Shown here piece by piece: positions 53,387 to 64,000 of a stretch of DNA of 64,000 nt. The notes beneath the pieces were generated by a model, which had not been told where the DNA came from, ran no database searches, and saw nothing but the letters and a program-made list of their open reading frames with translations. The stretch comes from Escherichia coli. Its GTDB lineage: Bacteria; Pseudomonadota; Gammaproteobacteria; Enterobacterales; Enterobacteriaceae. The DNA lies in NCBI RefSeq assembly GCF_024700885.2, contig NZ_CP117016.1; one strand, 5' to 3'. The position numbers and the translations under genes were made by a program. The stretch's first letter is position 1. Each line of letters opens with the position of its first letter.

Positions 53387-54427
53387 ATGGCTCACCGCCC
53401 ACGCTGGACATTGTCGCAAGTCACAGAATTATTTGAAAAACCGTTGCTGGATCTGCTGTTTGAAGCGCAGCAGGTGCATCGTCAGCATTTCGATCCACGT
53501 CAGGTGCAGGTCAGCACGTTGCTGTCAATTAAGACCGGAGCTTGTCCGGAAGATTGCAAATACTGCCCGCAAAGCTCGCGCTACAAAACCGGGCTGGAAG
53601 CCGAGCGGTTGATGGAAGTTGAACAGGTGCTGGAGTCGGCGCGCAAAGCGAAAGCGGCGGGATCGACGCGTTTCTGTATGGGCGCGGCGTGGAAGAATCC
53701 CCACGAACGCGATATGCCGTACCTGGAACAAATGGTGCAGGGAGTAAAAGCGATGGGGCTGGAGGCGTGTATGACGCTGGGTACGTTGAGTGAATCTCAG
53801 GCGCAGCGCCTTGCGAATGCCGGGCTGGATTACTACAACCATAACCTCGACACCTCGCCGGAGTTTTACGGCAATATCATCACCACACGTACTTATCAGG
53901 AACGCCTTGATACGCTGGAAAAAGTGCGCGATGCCGGGATCAAAGTCTGCTCAGGTGGCATTGTGGGTTTAGGCGAAACGGTAAAAGATCGCGCCGGATT
54001 ATTACTGCAACTGGCAAACCTGCCGACGCCGCCGGAAAGCGTGCCAATCAACATGCTCGTGAAGGTGAAAGGTACTCCACTGGCAGATAACGATGATGTC
54101 GATGCCTTTGATTTTATTCGCACCATTGCCGTAGCGCGGATCATGATGCCGACCTCTTACGTGCGCCTTTCTGCCGGACGCGAGCAGATGAACGAACAGA
54201 CTCAGGCGATGTGCTTTATGGCCGGGGCTAACTCAATTTTCTACGGTTGCAAACTGCTAACCACGCCGAATCCGGAAGAAGATAAAGACCTGCAACTGTT
54301 CCGCAAACTGGGGCTAAATCCGCAGCAAACTGCCGTGCTGGCAGGGGATAACGAACAACAGCAGCGTCTGGAGCAGGCACTGATGACCCCGGACACTGAC
54401 GAATATTACAACGCGGCAGCGCTATGA
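53387..54427 (+). CDS. bioB: Biotin synthase (radical SAM)
   Basis: 346-aa ORF with CPEDCKYC radical-SAM cysteine motif. Confidence 0.95.
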   Translation: MAHRPRWTLSQVTELFEKPLLDLLFEAQQVHRQHFDPRQVQVSTLLSIKTGACPEDCKYCPQSSRYKTGLEAERLMEVEQVLESARKAKAAGSTRFCMGAAWKNPHERDMPYLEQMVQGVKAMGLEACMTLGTLSESQAQRLANAGLDYYNHNLDTSPEFYGNIITTRTYQERLDTLEKVRDAGIKVCSGGIVGLGETVKDRAGLLLQLANLPTPPESVPINMLVKVKGTPLADNDDVDAFDFIRTIAVARIMMPTSYVRLSAGREQMNEQTQAMCFMAGANSIFYGCKLLTTPNPEEDKDLQLFRKLGLNPQQTAVLAGDNEQQQRLEQALMTPDTDEYYNAAAL

Positions 54428-55578
54428 GCTGGCAGGATAAAATCAACGCGGCGCTCGATGCGCGGCGTGCTGCCGACGCCCTGCGTCGCCGTTATCCAGT
54501 GGCGCAAGGAGCCGGACGCTGGCTGGTGGCGGACGATCGCCAGTATCTGAACTTTTCCAGTAACGATTATTTAGGTTTAAGCCATCATCCGCAAATTATC
54601 CGTGCCTGGAAGCAGAGTGCGGAGCAATTTGGCGTCGGTAGCGGCGGCTCCGGTCACGTCAGCGGTTATAGCGTGGCACATCAGGCGCTGGAAGAAGAAC
54701 TGGCCGAGTGGCTGGGCTATTCGCGGGCACTGCTGTTTATCTCTGGTTTTGCCGCTAATCAGGCAGTCATTGCCGCGATGATGGCGAAAGAGGACCGTAT
54801 TGTTGCCGATCGGCTGAGTCACGCCTCATTGCTGGAAGCTGCCAGTTTAAGCCCGGCGCAGCTTCGCCGTTTTACCCATAACGATGTCACTCATCTGGCG
54901 CGACTGCTTGCTTCCCCCTGTCCGGGGCAGCAACTGGTGGTGACAGAAGGCGTGTTCAGCATGGACGGCGATAGTGCGCCACTGGCGGAAATCCAGAAAG
55001 TAACGCAACAGCACAATGGCTGGTTGATGGTCGATGATGCCCACGGCACGGGCGTTATCGGGGAGCAGGGGCGTGGCAGCTGCTGGCTGCAAAAGGTAAA
55101 ACCAGAATTGCTGGTGGTGACTTTTGGCAAAGGATTTGGCGTCAGTGGGGCAGCGGTGCTTTGCTCCGATACGGTGGCGGATTATCTGCTGCAATTCGCC
55201 CGCCATCTTATCTACAGCACCAGTATGCCGCCCGCTCAGGCGCAGGCATTACGTGCATCGCTGGCGGTCATTCGCAGTGATGAGGGTGATGCACGGCGCG
55301 AAAAACTGGCGGCACTCATTACGCGTTTTCGTGCCGGAGTACAGGATTTGCCGTTTACGCTGGCTGATTCATGCAGCGCCATCCAGCCATTGATTGTTGG
55401 TGATAACAGCCGTGCGTTACAACTGGCAGAAAAACTGCGCCAGCAAGGCTGCTGGGTCACGGCGATTCGCCCGCCAACCGTACCTGCTGGTACTGCGCGA
55501 CTGCGCTTAACACTAACCGCCGCGCATGAAATGCAGGATATCGACCGTCTGCTGGAGGTGCTGCATGGCAACGGTTAA
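54424..55578 (+). CDS. bioF: 8-amino-7-oxononanoate synthase
   Basis: 384-aa PLP-dependent ORF in the conserved position. Confidence 0.9.
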   Translation: MSWQDKINAALDARRAADALRRRYPVAQGAGRWLVADDRQYLNFSSNDYLGLSHHPQIIRAWKQSAEQFGVGSGGSGHVSGYSVAHQALEEELAEWLGYSRALLFISGFAANQAVIAAMMAKEDRIVADRLSHASLLEAASLSPAQLRRFTHNDVTHLARLLASPCPGQQLVVTEGVFSMDGDSAPLAEIQKVTQQHNGWLMVDDAHGTGVIGEQGRGSCWLQKVKPELLVVTFGKGFGVSGAAVLCSDTVADYLLQFARHLIYSTSMPPAQAQALRASLAVIRSDEGDARREKLAALITRFRAGVQDLPFTLADSCSAIQPLIVGDNSRALQLAEKLRQQGCWVTAIRPPTVPAGTARLRLTLTAAHEMQDIDRLLEVLHGNG

Positions 55579-56320
55579 TAAACAAGCCATTGCAGCGGCA
55601 TTTGGTCGGGCAGCCGCGCACTATGAGCAACATGCGGATCTACAGCGCCAGAGTGCTGACGTCTTACTGGCAATGCTCCCACAGCGTAAATACACCCACG
55701 TACTGGACGCGGGTTGTGGACCTGGCTGGATGAGCCGCCACTGGCGGGAACGTCACGCGCAGGTGACGGCGTTAGATCTCTCGCCGCCAATGCTTGTTCA
55801 GGCACGCCAGAAGGATGCCGCAGACCATTATCTGGCGGGAGATATCGAATCCCTGCCGTTAGCGACTGCAACCTTCGATCTTGCATGGAGCAATCTCGCG
55901 GTACAGTGGTGCGGTAATTTATCCACGGCACTCCGCGAGCTATACAGGGTGGTGCGCCCCGGAGGCGTGGTCGCGTTTACCACGCTGGTGCAGGGATCGC
56001 TCCCTGAATTACATCAGGCGTGGCAGGCGGTGGACGAGCGCCCGCATGCTAATCGCTTTTTACCGCCAGATGAAATCGAACAGTCGCTGAACGGCGTGCA
56101 TTATCAACATCATATTCAGCCCATCACGCTGTGGTTTGATGATGCGCTCAGTGCCATGCGTTCGCTGAAAGGCATCGGTGCCACGCATCTTCATGAAGGG
56201 CGCGACCCGCGAATATTAACGCGTTCGCAGTTGCAGCGATTACAACTGGCCTGGCCGCAACAACAGGGGCGATATCCTCTGACGTATCATCTTTTTTTGG
56301 GAGTAATTGCTCGTGAGTAA
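55568..56320 (+). CDS. bioC: Malonyl-ACP O-methyltransferase
   Basis: Start at [23 protein letters not shown]...; SAM-binding motif LDAGCGPG. Confidence 0.85.
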   Translation, partial: ATVNKQAIAAAFGRAAAHYEQHADLQRQSADVLLAMLPQRKYTHVLDAGCGPGWMSRHWRERHAQVTALDLSPPMLVQARQKDAADHYLAGDIESLPLATATFDLAWSNLAVQWCGNLSTALRELYRVVRPGGVVAFTTLVQGSLPELHQAWQAVDERPHANRFLPPDEIEQSLNGVHYQHHIQPITLWFDDALSAMRSLKGIGATHLHEGRDPRILTRSQLQRLQLAWPQQQGRYPLTYHLFLGVIARE

Positions 56321-56990
56321 ACGTTATTTTGTCACCGGAACGGATACCGAAGTGGGGAAAACTGTCGCCAGTTGTGCACTTTTACAAGCCGCGAAGGCAG
56401 CAGGTTATCGGACGGCAGGTTATAAACCGGTCGCCTCTGGCAGCGAAAAGACCCCGGAAGGCTTACGTAATAGTGACGCGCTGGCGTTACAGCACAACAG
56501 CAGCCTGCAGCTGGATTACGCAACGGTAAATCCTTACACCTTCGCAGAACCCACTTCGCCGCACATCATCAGCGCACAAGAGGGCAGGCCGATAGAATCA
56601 TTGGTAATGAGTGCCGGATTACGCGCGCTTGAACAACAGGCTGACTGGGTGTTAGTGGAAGGTGCTGGCGGCTGGTTTACGCCGCTTTCTGACACTTTCA
56701 CTTTTGCGGATTGGGTAACACAGGAACAACTGCCGGTGATACTGGTAGTTGGTGTGAAACTCGGCTGTATTAATCACGCGATGTTGACGGCACAGGCAAT
56801 ACAACACGCCGGACTGACTCTGGCGGGTTGGGTGGCGAATGATGTCACGCCTCCTGGAAAACGTCACGCTGAATATATGACCACGCTCACCCGCATGATT
56901 CCCGCGCCGCTGGTGGGCGAAATTCCCTGGCTTGCAGAAAATCCAGAAAATGCGGCAACCGGAAAGTACATAAACCTTGCCTTGTTGTAG
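56313..56990 (+). CDS. bioD: Dethiobiotin synthetase
   Basis: GTG start ([18 protein letters not shown]-loop); overlaps bioC end. Confidence 0.85.
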   Translation: MSKRYFVTGTDTEVGKTVASCALLQAAKAAGYRTAGYKPVASGSEKTPEGLRNSDALALQHNSSLQLDYATVNPYTFAEPTSPHIISAQEGRPIESLVMSAGLRALEQQADWVLVEGAGGWFTPLSDTFTFADWVTQEQLPVILVVGVKLGCINHAMLTAQAIQHAGLTLAGWVANDVTPPGKRHAEYMTTLTRMIPAPLVGEIPWLAENPENAATGKYINLALL

Positions 56991-57477
56991 CCATCCTGTA
57001 TTTGGTTAAATTGCGAGCGAGATCGCGTCTTCGATTGACTGCAATTTAACCAATTAAATTCTAAAATAATCACGAAAAAAATTTTACTTCCGCATCATGC
57101 GATGAATGTGGGAATTGCCCAGGCGGCGGGGGATAGGGGCTGCAGACAGTTATCCACTATTCCTGTGGATAACCATGTGTATTAGAGTTAGAAAACACGA
57201 GGCAAGCGAGAGAATACGCGGCTTGCACGCGAATTGGCGTTAAAGACGGCTCAAAGAAATATCTTTTATTTTTTAACTGGTTAGATAATTGCAATGGCAG
57301 TCACTGAAGAGGCATCTCTTGCCATAAAACTGTCATCACTCATCTTGACAAATGTTAAAAAAGCCGTTGCTTTGGGGATAACCCGGTAAGGCCGGAGTTT
57401 TATCTCGCCACAGAGTAAATTTTGCTCATGATTGACAGCGGAGTTTACGCTGTAACAGAAATATTATGGTGAGGAAC

Positions 57478-57493
57478 TGTTTTTTTATCCAGT
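57478..57493 (+). promoter_or_regulatory. LexA (SOS) box upstream of uvrB
   Basis: CTGTTTTTTTATCCAG (CTG-N10-CAG) about 75 bp upstream of the uvrB start. Confidence 0.6.
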
Positions 57494-57568
57494 ATAATTT
57501 GTTGGCATAATTAAGTACGACGAGTAAAATTACATACCTGCCCGCCCAACTCCTTCAGGTAGCGACTC

Positions 57569-59590
57569 ATGAGTAAACCGTTCAAACTGAATTCCGCTTT
57601 TAAACCTTCTGGCGATCAGCCAGAGGCGATTCGACGTCTCGAAGAGGGGCTGGAAGATGGCCTGGCGCACCAGACGTTACTTGGCGTGACTGGCTCCGGG
57701 AAAACCTTCACCATTGCCAATGTCATTGCTGACCTTCAGCGCCCAACCATGGTACTTGCGCCCAACAAAACTCTGGCGGCCCAGCTGTATGGCGAAATGA
57801 AAGAGTTCTTCCCGGAAAACGCGGTGGAGTATTTCGTCTCCTACTACGACTACTATCAGCCGGAAGCCTATGTACCGAGTTCCGACACCTTCATTGAGAA
57901 AGATGCCTCGGTTAACGAACATATTGAGCAGATGCGTTTGTCCGCTACCAAAGCGATGCTGGAGCGGCGTGATGTGGTTGTGGTGGCGTCTGTTTCCGCG
58001 ATTTATGGTCTGGGCGATCCTGATTTATATCTCAAAATGATGCTCCATCTCACGGTCGGTATGATTATCGATCAGCGCGCGATCCTGCGCCGACTGGCGG
58101 AGCTGCAATACGCTCGTAATGATCAAGCATTCCAGCGTGGTACTTTCCGCGTTCGTGGTGAGGTGATTGATATCTTCCCGGCAGAATCGGATGACATTGC
58201 ACTTCGCGTGGAGCTGTTTGACGAGGAAGTGGAACGATTGTCGTTATTTGACCCGCTCACCGGGCAGATTGTTTCCACTATTCCACGTTTTACCATCTAT
58301 CCGAAAACGCACTACGTCACGCCGCGCGAGCGCATCGTACAGGCGATGGAAGAGATCAAAGAAGAACTGGCCGCCAGACGCAAAGTGCTGTTGGAGAATA
58401 ACAAACTGCTGGAAGAGCAGCGGCTGACCCAGCGTACCCAGTTTGATCTGGAGATGATGAACGAGCTGGGCTACTGTTCCGGGATTGAGAATTACTCGCG
58501 CTTCCTCTCCGGTCGTGGACCGGGTGAGCCACCGCCGACGCTGTTTGATTACCTGCCTGCCGATGGGCTGCTGGTGGTTGATGAATCTCACGTTACCATT
58601 CCGCAAATTGGCGGCATGTATCGCGGTGACCGGGCGCGTAAAGAGACGCTGGTGGAGTACGGCTTCCGCCTGCCATCAGCGCTGGATAACCGTCCGCTGA
58701 AATTTGAAGAGTTCGAAGCATTAGCGCCGCAAACCATCTATGTTTCGGCGACGCCGGGTAATTACGAGCTGGAAAAATCCGGCGGCGATGTGGTGGATCA
58801 GGTGGTGCGTCCAACCGGATTGCTTGATCCGATTATCGAAGTGCGGCCAGTGGCGACACAGGTCGATGATCTTCTATCGGAGATTCGTCAGCGAGCGGCA
58901 ATTAACGAACGCGTACTGGTCACCACACTGACCAAGCGAATGGCGGAAGATCTCACGGAATATCTCGAAGAACACGGCGAGCGCGTGCGTTATCTTCACT
59001 CAGATATCGACACCGTCGAACGTATGGAGATTATCCGCGACTTGCGTCTGGGCGAGTTCGACGTGCTGGTGGGGATCAACTTACTGCGCGAAGGTCTGGA
59101 TATGCCGGAAGTGTCGCTGGTGGCGATCCTCGACGCTGACAAAGAAGGCTTCCTGCGTTCCGAACGTTCGTTGATCCAGACTATTGGTCGTGCGGCGCGT
59201 AACGTTAACGGTAAAGCGATTCTCTACGGCGATAAGATCACCCCGTCAATGGCGAAAGCGATTGGCGAAACCGAACGTCGTCGCGAGAAACAGCAGAAGT
59301 ACAACGAGGAACACGGTATTACGCCGCAAGGCTTGAACAAGAAAGTGGTCGATATCCTGGCGCTGGGGCAGAACATTGCTAAAACCAAAGCGAAGGGCAG
59401 AGGAAAATCGCGCCCGATTGTTGAGCCGGATAATGTGCCGATGGATATGTCGCCTAAAGCGTTGCAGCAGAAGATCCATGAACTCGAAGGGTTGATGATG
59501 CAACACGCGCAGAATCTGGAGTTCGAAGAAGCGGCACAAATTCGTGACCAGTTGCATCAGCTGCGTGAGCTGTTTATTGCCGCGTCGTGA
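57569..59590 (+). CDS. uvrB: Excinuclease ABC subunit B
   Basis: 673-aa ORF with Walker A GVTGSGKT and helicase motifs. Confidence 0.95.
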
Positions 59591-59650
59591 CAAGATGAAA
59601 AAGCCGGAATGTTCTTCCGGTTCAGATTAACGATCAAGTCAAAAAAGTGC

Positions 59651-59695
59651 TCGAACGTTCCCCTCGCCCCTCCGGGGAGAGGGTGAGGGGAACAG
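59651..59695. repeat. GC-rich palindromic element (REP-like) between uvrB and ybhK
   Basis: TTCCCCTCGCCCCTCCGGGGAGAGGGTGAGGGGAA, near-perfect inverted repeat. Confidence 0.4.
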
Positions 59696-59736
59696 GTCGC
59701 ATTGCACCAGAAGCCTGGTCAGCAATCTCGGCCACA

Positions 59737-60705
<969 letters not shown>

Positions 60706-60889
60706 TTAACCTGCCAATATTGAGGATACAAACTATTTTCTTCTACCTCTAAAGGATGATGTACGCTATGCCTCTCTGATGATGTATATCAAAGTAAAAC
60801 CGCCATTTTCCCTTATTCTGTAGCGAAATAGCACGATCATGACGCTATATACATGATTACATAGCGAAAGTGTGGATGGTAAAAATCTC

Positions 60890-61040
60890 ATTTACACGCT
60901 AGTATCGGCTTAACCACTAAACACTCTAGCCTCTGCACCTGGGTCAACTGATACGGTGCTTTGGCCGTGACAATGCTCGTAAAGATTGCCACCAGGGCGA
61001 AGAAAGAAATGACTTCGCCTCCCGTATCTGGAAAGGTGTA
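60890..61040 (+). ncRNA. Molybdenum-cofactor (Moco) riboswitch in the moaA leader (approximate bounds)
   Basis: Structured leader upstream of moaA; placement from established knowledge of the moa operon, not folded here. Confidence 0.45.
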
Positions 61041-61041
61041 C

Positions 61042-62031
61042 ATGGCTTCACAACTGACTGATGCATTTGCGCGTAAGTTTTACTACTTGCGCCTGTCGAT
61101 TACCGATGTGTGTAACTTTCGTTGCACCTACTGCCTGCCGGATGGCTACAAACCGAGCGGCGTCACCAATAAAGGCTTTCTTACCGTCGATGAAATTCGC
61201 CGGGTTACGCGCGCCTTCGCCAGTCTGGGCACCGAAAAAGTCCGTCTGACGGGCGGTGAGCCATCTTTACGCCGCGACTTTACCGATATCATCGCCGCTG
61301 TGCGGGAAAACGACGCTATCCGCCAGATTGCGGTCACCACCAATGGTTACCGTCTGGAACGCGATGTGGCGAACTGGCGCGATGCGGGACTTACTGGCAT
61401 CAACGTCAGCGTTGATAGCCTTGACGCTCGCCAGTTTCATGCCATTACCGGGCAGGATAAATTCAACCAGGTCATGGCAGGGATCGATGCTGCATTTGAG
61501 GCCGGTTTTGAGAAGGTCAAAGTCAATACCGTGCTGATGCGTGATGTTAATCATCATCAGCTCGACACCTTTCTGAACTGGATCCAGCATCGCCCTATCC
61601 AGCTGCGTTTCATCGAATTGATGGAAACGGGTGAGGGCAGCGAGCTCTTCCGTAAGCATCACATCTCTGGTCAGGTTCTGCGTGACGAGCTACTGCGTCG
61701 CGGCTGGATCCACCAATTACGTCAACGCAGCGACGGTCCCGCGCAAGTCTTTTGTCATCCGGATTACGCCGGAGAGATTGGCCTTATCATGCCGTATGAA
61801 AAAGACTTCTGCGCCACTTGCAACCGCCTGCGCGTTTCCTCCATTGGTAAACTCCATCTCTGCCTGTTTGGTGAAGGCGGCGTTAACCTGCGCGATCTGC
61901 TGGAAGACGATACCCAGCAACAGGCGCTGGAAGCGCGTATTTCAGCGGCGCTGCGGGAGAAGAAACAGACCCATTTCCTGCATCAAAACAACACCGGTAT
62001 TACGCAAAACTTATCGTACATTGGCGGCTAA
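61042..62031 (+). CDS. moaA: GTP 3',8-cyclase (radical SAM)
   Basis: Start at [33 protein letters not shown] (CxxxCxxC radical SAM motif). Confidence 0.9.
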
Positions 62032-62052
62032 AACGTCAAAAGGAGAGATCAG

Positions 62053-62565
62053 ATGAGTCAGGTAAGCACTGAATTTATCCCGACCCGTATTGCTATTCTT
62101 ACGGTTTCTAATCGTCGTGGTGAAGAAGACGATACCTCCGGTCACTATCTGCGCGATTCGGCGCAGGAAGCGGGCCATCACGTTGTCGATAAAGCCATTG
62201 TGAAAGAAAACCGCTACGCTATTCGCGCTCAGGTATCTGCGTGGATCGCCAGCGACGATGTACAAGTGGTATTGATTACGGGGGGTACTGGCCTGACGGA
62301 AGGTGATCAGGCTCCCGAAGCGCTGCTGCCGTTGTTCGACCGTGAAGTTGAAGGTTTTGGTGAAGTGTTCCGGATGTTGTCGTTTGAAGAGATTGGCACC
62401 TCAACGTTGCAATCTCGTGCGGTAGCGGGCGTCGCTAACAAAACGCTGATTTTCGCCATGCCGGGTTCGACCAAAGCGTGCCGCACCGCGTGGGAAAATA
62501 TCATCGCGCCGCAGCTCGATGCCCGTACACGTCCATGCAATTTCCATCCACATTTGAAGAAATAA
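62053..62565 (+). CDS. moaB: Molybdenum cofactor biosynthesis protein B
   Basis: 170-aa MoaB/MogA-fold ORF. Confidence 0.9.
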
Positions 62566-62567
62566 GT

Positions 62568-63053
62568 ATGTCGCAACTGACCCATATCAACGCCGCTGGC
62601 GAAGCACACATGGTGGATGTCTCCGCCAAAGCGGAAACCGTGCGTGAAGCGCGGGCGGAAGCCTTTGTCACCATGCGCAGCGAGACGCTGGCGATGATTA
62701 TTGATGGTCGCCACCACAAAGGCGACGTATTTGCCACTGCGCGTATCGCCGGTATTCAGGCGGCAAAACGCACCTGGGATCTGATCCCGCTCTGTCACCC
62801 GCTGATGCTCAGCAAAGTTGAAGTCAATTTACAGGCCGAGCCGGAGCACAATCGGGTACGTATAGAAACCTTATGCCGCCTGACCGGGAAAACCGGTGTC
62901 GAAATGGAAGCGTTAACCGCGGCCTCCGTGGCGGCGCTGACCATTTATGACATGTGCAAAGCGGTGCAAAAAGATATGGTAATTGGTCCGGTACGTTTGC
63001 TGGCGAAGAGCGGCGGCAAGTCGGGTGACTTTAAGGTGGAAGCGGATGATTAA
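62568..63053 (+). CDS. moaC: Cyclic pyranopterin monophosphate synthase
   Basis: Start at [24 protein letters not shown]... Confidence 0.9.
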
Positions 63054-63291
63054 AGTTCTTTTTTTCGCCCAGGTGCGCGAGTTGGTGGGAACAGATGCAA
63101 CCGAAGTGGCTGCGGATTTCCCAACCGTTGAAGCGTTACGCCAGCACCTGGCTGCGCAGAGCGATCGCTGGGCGCTGGCGCTGGAAGATGGCAAATTGCT
63201 GGCTGCCGTCAACCAGACGCTGGTGAGTCTTGACCATCCGCTGACTGACGGCGACGAAGTGGCTTTCTTCCCGCCGGTAACCGGAGGTTAA
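63046..63291 (+). CDS. moaD: Molybdopterin synthase sulfur-carrier subunit
   Basis: Start [15 protein letters not shown]...; C-terminal GG. Confidence 0.9.
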
Positions 63292-63292
63292 G

Positions 63293-63745
63293 ATGGCAGA
63301 AACCAAAATTGTTGTCGGCCCGCAGCCATTCAGCGTAGGAGAAGAGTATCCGTGGCTGGCGGAGCGTGATGAAGACGGTGCGGTAGTCACCTTTACCGGT
63401 AAGGTGCGCAACCATAACCTTGGCGACAGCGTCAAAGCATTAACCCTCGAACACTATCCGGGGATGACTGAAAAAGCACTGGCAGAAATTGTCGATGAAG
63501 CGCGTAACCGCTGGCCGCTGGGGCGCGTCACGGTGATTCACCGCATCGGGGAATTATGGCCGGGAGATGAAATCGTTTTTGTCGGTGTCACCAGTGCGCA
63601 TCGCAGCAGTGCGTTTGAAGCCGGGCAGTTTATTATGGATTATCTCAAAACCCGCGCACCGTTCTGGAAGCGTGAAGCCACGCCGGAAGGCGACCGCTGG
63701 GTTGAAGCTCGGGAGAGCGATCAGCAGGCGGCAAAACGCTGGTAG
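63293..63745 (+). CDS. moaE: Molybdopterin synthase catalytic subunit
   Basis: 150-aa ORF immediately after moaD. Confidence 0.9.
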   Translation: MAETKIVVGPQPFSVGEEYPWLAERDEDGAVVTFTGKVRNHNLGDSVKALTLEHYPGMTEKALAEIVDEARNRWPLGRVTVIHRIGELWPGDEIVFVGVTSAHRSSAFEAGQFIMDYLKTRAPFWKREATPEGDRWVEARESDQQAAKRW

Positions 63746-63881
63746 TTTTTTGTTAGCCGGATAAGGCACCGCTGCGTCCGGCAATTTCACCGCTCAGTAC
63801 ATGCGTTTACGCTGCGTCGATGCACAGCCTCATCATTTTGCAGTATCCTTAAGATATTCCTTATATCTTCAGGAGATCGTC

Positions 63882-64000
63882 ATGGACAGATTCCCACGTT
63901 CTGATTCAATTGTACACCCCCGGGCTGGCTTGCAAACTTATATGGCGCAAGTCTATGGCTGGATGACCGTTGGCTTGTTGCTGACCGCATTTGTTGCCTG
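63882..64000 (+). CDS. ybhL: Bax-inhibitor-1-family membrane protein (5' part; continues beyond window)
   Basis: ATG at 63882 with GGAG RBS; MDRFPRSDSIVHPRAGLQTYMAQVYGWMTVGLLLTAFVA. Confidence 0.6.
   Translation, partial: MDRFPRSDSIVHPRAGLQTYMAQVYGWMTVGLLLTAFVA

Noticed and set aside
53301-53411. Long N-terminal extension of bioA (track ORF begins at 53411)
   Set aside because: The extension runs through the bio operator and promoter region and into bioB; the conserved start MTTDDL at 53300 fits the known operon layout.

Overview
This window is an Escherichia coli-type chromosomal segment (modC, ybhA, pgl, ybhD/H/I/J, ybhC ... ybhB, bioABFCD, uvrB, ybhK, moaABCDE, ybhL) interrupted at the classical lambda attachment site by a ~41-kb, apparently intact mosaic prophage (10361..51385). 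The prophage is bounded by identical 15-bp cores GCTTTTTTATACTAA. Read left to right it carries lambda-type int/xis, a leftward early operon (DUF551/Ead-like accessory genes, RecT, Kil/cIII-like, N), a phage-434-type immunity region (cI, cro, three OR and three OL operators of form ACAA-N6-TTGT), cII, an O-like initiator with internal iterons, a DnaB-like helicase, a lambda-like nin region with RusA and Q, pR'/6S/tR', two tRNA-like genes, and lambda-type lysis genes S-R-Rz/Rz1. The morphogenesis block is P22-like (small and large terminase, portal, scaffold, coat, gp4/10/26/14, ejection proteins), followed by a P22-type immI region (mnt, arc, ant with Omnt/Oarc operators) and a tailspike with a P22-like head-binding N-terminus joined to a different receptor-binding body and a C-terminal chaperone-like domain. 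The most interesting loci are: a lysogen-oriented PIN-domain gene cassette at the sieA-equivalent position; a secreted or lipoprotein gene directly downstream of cI; an HNH endonuclease insertion splitting ninF; the tRNA-like pair; and the chimeric tailspike. All assignments rest on reading the translations and DNA motifs from memory of the relevant families; no database search or folding program was run, and coordinates of start codons and small elements are best estimates.
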